DNA of 64,000 nt from Pseudomonadota bacterium. Lineage in GTDB: Bacteria; Myxococcota_A; Bradymonadia; UBA4248. Position 1 is the stretch's first letter, and every line of letters starts with the position of its first letter. Positions 57,126 through 64,000 of this stretch are shown here, in pieces. The position numbers and the translations under genes are program-made. The notes beneath the pieces are model-generated. The model made no database searches. It was not told the origin of the DNA and was given only the letters and a program-made list of their open reading frames with translations. Location of the stretch: contig JAFUEE010000163.1 of the NCBI GenBank assembly GCA_017464085.1, positions 45 through 64,044 on the forward strand, written 5' to 3'.

Positions 57126-57154
57126 TTGACAATTGAATTTGATTGTCATATGGA
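57126..57154 (+). promoter_or_regulatory. Predicted sigma70-type promoter with an overlapping 7-bp inverted repeat, upstream of the S8 protease gene
   Basis: TTGACA (57126-57131), then a 17-nt spacer, then TATGGA. The inverted repeat TGACAAT...ATTGTCA (57127-57133 / 57142-57148) spans the spacer and could be an operator. Confidence 0.35.
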
Positions 57155-57211
57155 TGGAGATAGGTATTGAGCCATCAATGATGGCTAAGGTGTGTAAGAC
57201 AAGGAGGATGT

Positions 57212-59155
57212 ATGACGCGAGTTTTTATACCCTGTGTAGTTGGAATGTTGCTTTTTGGGGAAGTTGCGTGGGCTGAGGATGTTGATATTGTTTCTCGTGC
57301 GGGAACAGAGGGACTAAGGCAACAGTTGGTTGATAGAGATAAAAGTGTTGAGACTGATGGGGTTGTCTTTTGGAAAGATGGAAATGGTAATAAGGGAAGT
57401 TATCGATTAGATAATTATGTTCCCAAGAGAGCATCGGTTCCTGATTATAATGATTTAGTAAAAAATAGTAGCCATAGGACTGTAAAAGAGAGAGCAAGTG
57501 AGGAATTGCTGAGCAAATTAGCAAATAGTAAGGATGATGATGAAATTGAAGTGTTGGTCTTGTTTGTGGATGATGTTCCGATTCCAAAATTGGCTTCATA
57601 TCATGAAACTGAACCAGAGACCTCTGTTTTTAATCTTAGTACGAAATTGTATAATGAAAAAACGTTAGATATCCTTTTGGATGTTAGAAAAAAAGAAATA
57701 CCTGTTCACTTGGAATTAGCTGGAATTGATAGTTATGAGATGGTGAATGTTTATACAGTTATCAACGCCTGTATTATTCGGACAAGTGTTAGAAATGTTA
57801 AATTGCTTGTAAAACAGGGTGATGTTCAATATATAGCATTGCCAGATGAATCAAGCCCTGCTTTCTTTCTTGATGGGGGGGATAAGCAGCTTTCAGTAAA
57901 AGCACCAACTGATACATTGGATTATATATCGAATGCACGTGCGCTTATTAAAACAGATCCATATTATAGTTATGGTTCTGGGTATATTGCACAATTGGAT
58001 GGTGGGGCTGATACGACTGGTCATGTTTTGTTGACAAATGTATACCATATTACACACGATTGTTATCATGGTACGGGGACTTTGTGTTCAGGAACTAATT
58101 TAGATCCAAGTGATTCAACTCGACATGGTCCAGCGGTTGCTTCAATTTTATCGGGAACATCTGCTTTAGGAAATGCATCAAGAGGTATGACGAATATGCA
58201 GCTTGATAGTTACAAGATTACATATTTTAATACATCAACTAATGACTGGCGTGTCTCAAGCCAAGCTGTTTTAAATGCATATAATGCATTAATTCATAGG
58301 AATGCAATGACAGTAATTGCTGAGATGCAGCAAAATGAACCTTATTATGGAACTGTTTCTACTTTGGCAAGTGGTGCGTTTTTATTAGGTTTTGCAACAA
58401 TTGCGGCAGCTGGTAACTTTGGAAGTACTGCTATGAGTGTGAGGGCTCCGGGAAATTCCAAAAATGCGATTGCTGTTGGGGCATATCATGTCCTTTCGCC
58501 ATATAACTTAGAGGATTATTCTGGGCGTGGACCCACAACTGATTCACGTATGAAGCCAGAAGTTACGGCACCTACATGGACGAGAGCAGCCAATCCTCTT
58601 GTTTCAACAACATATATAAGTCCGTTTAATGGAACAAGCGGGGCAACGCCTTATGTCGCTGGAGCGGCTGCACTCTTTAGAGGTTGGAATTCTAATTATA
58701 GTATTAATAACAATGAACCAGGTGCTATTTATGCAACATTGATTAATGCAGCAACTAGACGGCAGTCTACTCAATTTGATAATAATGAGGGTGCGGGAAG
58801 GGCAAGATTGCCGTTGTCTGCCAAGGCGTGGACTGGTAAGGCTACTGTTAATCAGAACTATGTTAGCGTGACAATTCCTATTGGAACGACTTCTTATCAA
58901 GATATTGCATTCACAATTTGGTGGCCGGAAAATCCTTCGGAAACACATAAATCATTTAGAATGGGACTCATGAATTATAATTGCGGAAGTTGGATGGGAT
59001 ATTTTCCTAATTATATTGAAGATAATAATTGGCAAAAGTATGTGATTAGTCAACAATGCACTGGAGATTGGAAATTGCGCATTATTCCTGAGAATGATGT
59101 GGATCGTGATCAGACTGTTTACTATAGTGTTATAGCATGGCAGAATGGTCACTAA
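57212..59155 (+). CDS. Secreted subtilisin-family (S8) serine peptidase (low-GC gene)
   Basis: Signal peptide MTRVFIPCVVGMLLFGEVAWA. Asp (AQLDGGAD), His (RHGPAVASIL) and Ser (NGTSGATPYVAGAAAL) catalytic-triad blocks. GC about 38%, against about 60% for the flanks. Confidence 0.85.
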   Translation: MTRVFIPCVVGMLLFGEVAWAEDVDIVSRAGTEGLRQQLVDRDKSVETDGVVFWKDGNGNKGSYRLDNYVPKRASVPDYNDLVKNSSHRTVKERASEELLSKLANSKDDDEIEVLVLFVDDVPIPKLASYHETEPETSVFNLSTKLYNEKTLDILLDVRKKEIPVHLELAGIDSYEMVNVYTVINACIIRTSVRNVKLLVKQGDVQYIALPDESSPAFFLDGGDKQLSVKAPTDTLDYISNARALIKTDPYYSYGSGYIAQLDGGADTTGHVLLTNVYHITHDCYHGTGTLCSGTNLDPSDSTRHGPAVASILSGTSALGNASRGMTNMQLDSYKITYFNTSTNDWRVSSQAVLNAYNALIHRNAMTVIAEMQQNEPYYGTVSTLASGAFLLGFATIAAAGNFGSTAMSVRAPGNSKNAIAVGAYHVLSPYNLEDYSGRGPTTDSRMKPEVTAPTWTRAANPLVSTTYISPFNGTSGATPYVAGAAALFRGWNSNYSINNNEPGAIYATLINAATRRQSTQFDNNEGAGRARLPLSAKAWTGKATVNQNYVSVTIPIGTTSYQDIAFTIWWPENPSETHKSFRMGLMNYNCGSWMGYFPNYIEDNNWQKYVISQQCTGDWKLRIIPENDVDRDQTVYYSVIAWQNGH

Positions 59156-59170
59156 TTATAGGAGGCGATT

Positions 59171-59656
59171 ATGAAAAAATTAGTATCACTGCTGGCGATC
59201 ACGTTAGGTTTGGGACTGACGGCATGCGGTTCGGACGGCGCAAATGGTGTAGATAACGGTACTAAAGCCAACAAAGCGCAGGCAATAACTTCGGATGTTA
59301 TCACTTGTTATAATGTTGAAGATAATTGCCCTGCTGGGTATGCTTGCATCAATCATATTTGCGTGCAAGTCGATTTTGATCCTTTGCCAGAACAGCCAAA
59401 ACCGGTACCAGAAGATGAAGATCGCATTCGCTGCGATGAGTTTTCGTGCGAATGTGATGAGACCACATGTAACAATAAAGATTCATGTTGGCAGGTTGCC
59501 AATTACCAACCCAATATGATTTGTGTGGATGACGGACGAATTATAGATGCCGTTTGTGAGGGAAAAGCTTGGACCTGTGGCACCGGTGGCGAGTGTGATG
59601 TCAGCAAGTGCCATAGTGGAGAAGTCTGCAAAGACGGCAAGTGCGTAGAAGAGTAA
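59171..59656 (+). CDS. Small Cys-rich lipoprotein
   Basis: Signal and lipobox LGLTACGS; 18 Cys in the mature part (CYNVEDNCPAGYACINHICV...). Confidence 0.55.
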   Translation: MKKLVSLLAITLGLGLTACGSDGANGVDNGTKANKAQAITSDVITCYNVEDNCPAGYACINHICVQVDFDPLPEQPKPVPEDEDRIRCDEFSCECDETTCNNKDSCWQVANYQPNMICVDDGRIIDAVCEGKAWTCGTGGECDVSKCHSGEVCKDGKCVEE

Positions 59657-59787
59657 TAATGTCGGCTGGCCAGATTGCCAGCCGACAGCGAAGCTTTGCT
59701 TTCTTGTTTTGATTTTGTATCTGTGAGGATTTGCCTTTTGTGATTTGCTTGCGCGTATGTTCATCATAGCTGCGTGCATAGAGAGAG

Positions 59788-59852
59788 GCGCCGGCGTATC
59801 GCGGAAGCGATAGGCGGCGCGAATCGGCGCGCGTATTGTTCAATAGCGCGCC
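59788..59852. repeat. Pair of REP-like palindromes (inverted orientation) at the low-GC/high-GC boundary
   Basis: GCGCCGGCGTATCGC-gga-AGCGATAGGCGGCGC (59788-59820) and GGCGCGCGTATTG-ttc-AATAGCGCGCC (59826-59852). Confidence 0.65.
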
Positions 59853-59960
59853 CCAAAAGGAAAATTATATTTGTATGTTTGAATATTGTTGTATATGTGT
59901 TTATAAATTTTTAAATGTTTATATAAAATATAAGATTCAAGTTGCAAATTGTGCAGATAT

Positions 59961-59987
59961 AAAAAAGCCCGCTCGGAGGGAGCGGGC
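59961..59987 (-). terminator. Intrinsic terminator of ackA (minus strand)
   Basis: GCCCGCTC-ggagg-GAGCGGGC hairpin, preceded on the plus strand by AAAAAA (that is, followed by a U-run on the minus-strand transcript). Confidence 0.7.
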
Positions 59988-60008
59988 AGCGATGGCTATA
60001 TATAATTA

Positions 60009-61199
60009 TTATTTATTGACGAGCGCGTAGGTCTGCTGAGCGATTGCGAGCTCTTCGTTTGTCGGGACAATCCAGACTTCGACTTTGGATTTGTCCGTGG
60101 AGATTTTGCGTTCTTTGCCGTGGCAGTCGTTGGCGGCGAGGTCGATATCGACGCCGAGGAGGCCGAGCTTCTTGCATACAGCTTCGCGGACGTAGGGGCT
60201 GTTCTCCCCGATGCCGGCGGTGAAGATGATGGCATCGACGTGGCCGAGGACCATCGCGTAAGCGCCGATGTACTTGACGATGCGATAGACGAAGACGTCC
60301 ATGGCGCGGATGCAGGCGGGATTGTTTTCGGCGACGCCGTCTTCGATGACGCGGCAGTCATTGGAGATGCCGGAGAGGCCGAGGAGGCCGGACTGTTTGT
60401 TGATGAGGTTGTCAAGCTGGTCGGCGTTCATGCCTTTGGTGCGGCCGAGATAGGTGAGGACGGCGGGGTCGATGTCGCCGCAGCGCGTGCCCATGCAGAG
60501 GCCTTCGAGCGGCGTGAGTCCCATCGAGGTGTCGACGGATTTGCCGCCCTGGACGGCCGTGATCGAGGAGCCGCTGCCGAGGTGGCAGCTGATGATGTTC
60601 ATGTCCTTGATGTCGCGGCCCAGGAGGTTCGCGAGGCGGTTCGAGACGAACTCATGGGACGTGCCGTGCGCGCCGTAACGGCGGATGTGGTCTTCCGTGT
60701 AGAGTTTGTAGGGAATCGCATAGAGATAGGCGTATTCGGGGATTGTCTGATGGAAAGACGTGTCGAAGACGGTGACGTTCGGAACGCCGGGAAGTAGCTT
60801 CTGGGCGACTTTGAGGCCGATGACATGCGCGGGGACATGGAGCGGATCGAGGGGATAGACGCGCTCGATTTCGTCGATGATGCTCTGGTCGACGAGGCAG
60901 GTTTTGGTGAGTTTTTCGCCGCCGTGAACGACGCGGTGACCGACGGCCTTGATTTCGTCGAGGGATTTGATCGTGCCGTCGAGGAGGAGTTCGAAGACGC
61001 GCTTGAGGCCGGCTTCGTGGGTCGGGAAGACTTCGTCGGTGATCTCGACTTTTTTGCCGTCGGCTGTCTTGTGCTTGAGGATGCCGACTTCTTCGCCGAT
61101 GCGCTCGACGTTGCCCTTGGCGAGCACGTCGCCGGCAGGCATATCGAGGAGCTGATATTTGACTGTAGAGGAACCGCAGTTGATGACGAGTAATTTCAT
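60009..61199 (-). CDS. ackA: Acetate kinase
   Basis: MKLLVINCGSSTVKYQLLDM..., with the HLGSGSS and FTAGIGEN motifs. Confidence 0.93.
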   Translation of the reverse strand: MKLLVINCGSSTVKYQLLDMPAGDVLAKGNVERIGEEVGILKHKTADGKKVEITDEVFPTHEAGLKRVFELLLDGTIKSLDEIKAVGHRVVHGGEKLTKTCLVDQSIIDEIERVYPLDPLHVPAHVIGLKVAQKLLPGVPNVTVFDTSFHQTIPEYAYLYAIPYKLYTEDHIRRYGAHGTSHEFVSNRLANLLGRDIKDMNIISCHLGSGSSITAVQGGKSVDTSMGLTPLEGLCMGTRCGDIDPAVLTYLGRTKGMNADQLDNLINKQSGLLGLSGISNDCRVIEDGVAENNPACIRAMDVFVYRIVKYIGAYAMVLGHVDAIIFTAGIGENSPYVREAVCKKLGLLGVDIDLAANDCHGKERKISTDKSKVEVWIVPTNEELAIAQQTYALVNK

Positions 61200-61268
61200 G
61201 GTTTTCCTTGGGGAAGCACGCGCGGTCGCGCGCGCGCTGTTTAAGGGGCTGAGAGCAGCCGGTTGATA

Positions 61269-62045
61269 TTAGTTTGCAGATGTTTCGGTCGATTGAGAAT
61301 TATTCATCTCAAGCAGGACGCCGGGAATTTCAAGCTCCATTTCTTCAAGCTCGCCGGTGTCGAAATTTAGCATGCGAGCGCGGACGAAGCCGGGCTTTTC
61401 TGGGATTCTCTCGACCGGAATATATGGATGTTCGCGCAAATATTCGGTGTTGACATCGAGCGGCGGTATAAACATCTCGTACCAGCCGCCTTTTTTGTAG
61501 GTCAGGACGTGATATGCCTGCCAGACACTTGACCACCATTCGGGGATCGCGCCGAGTTCGTCATTGCCATCGCCATCGAGATCGCCGAGATTCGTGAGGT
61601 CGAGGTTGAGGCTGTTGACGACATGGGCTGGCGCAATCGTTTCGTCTTCAAAGTGGATCGTGCTGCCGCAGACATTGTTGGCGCAGGTTTGGTTCTGTAC
61701 GTCCGTGATGATGGCGGCGGCTGTCGCGGCGTGCGTGAACTTGCCGTCCAGCTTGAGCTCGACCTGATTGTAGAAAGCTTCTTTGACCGGGCGAGCTGTA
61801 TAGGACGGATTGAAGTGTGCCTCGAAATACTCGCGATTTTTCTGGTCTCGCGATTTATCGCTGTTTTGCGAATCGTCCGTTTGGGCGTCGTTTGCCTGAG
61901 GCTCAATGTTTGAGGCAGCTTCGGCCTGTGCGTTCGCGGCGGTTGCCGGGGAAGCCCCGTCAGCGGGCTCAGCATGTTTGCAACCCGTCATGCCAGCAAG
62001 CGCGAGCATGGCTGCGAGTGATAAAGCGAGTGTTGTAAGTTTCAC
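61269..62045 (-). CDS. Hypothetical lipoprotein inserted between pta and ackA
   Basis: Signal and lipobox LAGMTGC; a low-complexity N-terminus; a 'DLDGDGNDELG' Ca-binding-like loop. Confidence 0.5.
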   Translation of the reverse strand: MKLTTLALSLAAMLALAGMTGCKHAEPADGASPATAANAQAEAASNIEPQANDAQTDDSQNSDKSRDQKNREYFEAHFNPSYTARPVKEAFYNQVELKLDGKFTHAATAAAIITDVQNQTCANNVCGSTIHFEDETIAPAHVVNSLNLDLTNLGDLDGDGNDELGAIPEWWSSVWQAYHVLTYKKGGWYEMFIPPLDVNTEYLREHPYIPVERIPEKPGFVRARMLNFDTGELEEMELEIPGVLLEMNNSQSTETSAN

Positions 62046-62117
62046 TGCGGGTCTTCCTTATATTAATGATGTCGCGTGCGGCAGCCCGCGCTTTTGGCGC
62101 GGGCACTATCGAGGCGA

Positions 62118-63662
62118 TCAGCCCTGAGCCTGGATGGCTGTGACGATGACGGTGTTGACGATATCGGCAACAGTGGCGCCGCGGCTGAGGTCATTGACGG
62201 GCTTGTTGAGGCCCTGGAGGAGCGGGCCGATCGCGAGCGCGTTTGCGGAGCGCTGGACGGCTTTGTAGCCGATATTGCCGGCGTTGAGCGTCGGGAACAC
62301 GAAGACATTGGCCTTGCCTGCGACGGGGCTGTCGGGGAGCTTGGTCTTTGCGACGGAAGGGACGACGGCGGCATCGTATTGGATGGGGCCTTCAACGGCG
62401 AGATCCGGCGCGGCTTCGCGGACTTTCTCGGTGGCTTCGCGGACGGCATCGACATCTGGGCCGGAGCCGGATGTGCCGGTGGAGTAGGAGAGCATCGCGA
62501 TTTTGGGATCGATGCCGAAGGCTTTTGCCGTGGCTGCGGATGCGATCGCGACATCGCGGAGCTGGTCGGTCGTCGCATTGGGGATGACCGCGCAGTCGCC
62601 ATAAATATAGACGCGGTCCGCGAGGCTCATCAGGAACACGCCGGAAACAGTCTTGATGCCGGGTTTCGTCTTGATGAACTGGAGTGCCGGGCGGATGGTG
62701 TCGGCAGTCGAGGTCGTCGCGCCGGAGACCAGGCCGTCTGCAACGCCTTTATAGACCATCATCGTGCCGAAATAGGTCTTGTCGGCCATGAGCTTGCGTG
62801 CTTTGTCGAGCTCCATGCCTTTGGCTTTGCGGAGTTCGTAGAGCGTGTTGGCATAGTCTTCGAGGTCTGCGGATTTAGCGGGGTCGATAATCTTGATGCC
62901 GTCGAGGGAGACGCCGAGTTCTGCTGCATTGCGTTTGATCTCATCTTCGTTGCCGAGCAGGATGAGGTTGACGAGATCCTGAGCGCGGAGCTCAGCGGCG
63001 GCCTTGAGGATTCGGTCGAGCGCGCCTTCGGGGAGGACGATAGTCTTCTTGTCGGCGCGGCATTTGTCGTGCAGGCTGCGCATGAATTTGGTCGGCGTCG
63101 TGATGCTGCTGGAGGCGACGATCTTGTCTGCCGCGAGCTTGGCTGCGGACGGTTTGATGACTGTGAGCCCTTTGGCTTCGATGAGTTTGACGGCTGCATC
63201 GGAGCAGTTGGAGGCGACGACGGTCACGGTGATGCCGTCCTGCGCGAGCAGCTTGACATTGAGTTCAGCCGATGCGGCGACCTGCTCGTCGGTCTTGTCT
63301 TTGGCGCAGATTGCCGGAATGACGCAGGCATCGATATTTTTCGCGAGTGCGATGTTGAGACCATAGGCATCGCGGAGCGCGCCTTCATCGGCGATCGGAT
63401 GGAGAATGACGACATCGGCGTCTTTGCCGGCGGCTTCCACGCGGTCCACGAGAATCGACAGAAGCGCGTCTTTTTTGCCGTCCGCGATCATCTTGAGGGC
63501 TTCGCATTTGCAGAAGGAATCTCCGCAAGCTTCATCTTTGCAGCCCGCGAGCGGCGCGAGCAGGGCAACACGTTTTCCCTGAGCTTCGAGGTCGGCCTTG
63601 ATGCCGGCCGCCAGTTTCGGGGAACATGAATCACAGCACATGAGCAGGATCGATTTTGCCAT
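62118..63662 (-). CDS. pta: Phosphate acetyltransferase (N-terminal extra domain plus PTA_PTB domain)
   Basis: The C-terminal roughly 330 aa is a Pta catalytic domain (…SGVFLM…, GDCAVIPN, VFVFPTLNAGNIGYKAVQRS…). The N-terminal roughly 180 aa is a Cys-containing accessory domain. I chose the start at Met 63662 (GGAGAT RBS). Confidence 0.85.
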   Translation of the reverse strand: MAKSILLMCCDSCSPKLAAGIKADLEAQGKRVALLAPLAGCKDEACGDSFCKCEALKMIADGKKDALLSILVDRVEAAGKDADVVILHPIADEGALRDAYGLNIALAKNIDACVIPAICAKDKTDEQVAASAELNVKLLAQDGITVTVVASNCSDAAVKLIEAKGLTVIKPSAAKLAADKIVASSSITTPTKFMRSLHDKCRADKKTIVLPEGALDRILKAAAELRAQDLVNLILLGNEDEIKRNAAELGVSLDGIKIIDPAKSADLEDYANTLYELRKAKGMELDKARKLMADKTYFGTMMVYKGVADGLVSGATTSTADTIRPALQFIKTKPGIKTVSGVFLMSLADRVYIYGDCAVIPNATTDQLRDVAIASAATAKAFGIDPKIAMLSYSTGTSGSGPDVDAVREATEKVREAAPDLAVEGPIQYDAAVVPSVAKTKLPDSPVAGKANVFVFPTLNAGNIGYKAVQRSANALAIGPLLQGLNKPVNDLSRGATVADIVNTVIVTAIQAQG

Positions 63663-63818
63663 TCCTATATCTCCATTTGAAAAGCGCCAGATTTGGAAAA
63701 TATCTGGCAGTGTAAAGACGTTATGAGCCATTTCTGAGAAAACATGCCCAAAAATGGCGCAAGGCTTTTACTCCAAATCAAGCATTTGAGCGAGATATTT
63801 TATATATATTGTGTCGGG

Positions 63819-63947
63819 GCGCGGCTATCTGCGATACGCCGCTTGCGCTCGCCTATGCCTGACGGCATACGGCGCTCGGCGGCATGTGGGCGCGGCTATC
63901 TGCGATACGCCGCTTGGCGCGCGCCTATGCCTGACGGCATACGGCGC
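63819..63947. repeat. Four REP-like palindromes arranged as an approximately 71-bp tandem duplication
   Basis: The unit GCGCGGCTATC-tgc-GATACGCCGC + CGCCTATGCC-tgac-GGCATACGGCG occurs at 63819-63874 and is repeated at 63890-63947. Confidence 0.7.
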
Positions 63948-64000
63948 GTGAATCCCAGGGCGTCGACTGCGTGTACACCATTGGTGATGAATACAGAGGA

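Noticed and set aside
49793-59990. Integrase, transposase or tRNA flanking the low-GC insertions (a classical genomic island)
   Set aside because: No such genes or tRNA-like sequences are detectable. Mobility is inferred only from composition and the flanking REP-like elements.

Overview
This 64-kb window is high-GC (roughly 58-60%) bacterial chromosome, apparently from a diderm organism (many lipobox signal peptides). I cannot assign a taxon from the sequence alone. Recognisable housekeeping genes are cysS, groES-groEL, recF, yigZ, xseB-xseA, infC, rarA, folD, ackA and pta. There is also an unusually dense set of disulfide-rich secreted or lipoprotein genes, including two tandem giant paralogs built from 'HCGxCGxxCxxGxxCxxGxC'-type repeats. 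The candidates most worth a second look are these:
- A co-directional cluster at 21.7-26.2 kb, tightly spaced from the AAA ATPase onward: an FHA/coiled-coil protein, a Ycf46-like AAA+ ATPase, a Ycf35-like DUF1257 protein and a DUF2997 mini-protein. To my knowledge this module is uncharacterised.
- A dispersed family of at least 23 REP-like palindromes of the form GCTAT-stem-loop-stem-ATACGCC. The stems vary between copies while the pairing is kept (compensatory variation), and several copies carry a T-run and look like intrinsic terminators.
- Three tandem genes encoding proteins with 'YGPP' motifs; the third has an FHA domain.
- A RarA-methyltransferase fusion next to a highly divergent pyruvate:ferredoxin oxidoreductase (PFOR)-like protein of 1312 aa.
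- A GroEL whose C-terminal tail is Cys-rich ([12 protein letters not shown]) instead of the usual Gly-Gly-Met repeats.
- Two low-GC insertions (about 49.8-55.1 kb and 57.1-60.0 kb) carrying a DUF4160/DUF2442 pair, a Cys-rich protein with Sel1 repeats and a subtilisin-family (S8) protease. Both are bounded by REP-like elements.
I found no rRNA or tRNA genes, no CRISPR array, and no transposase or integrase.
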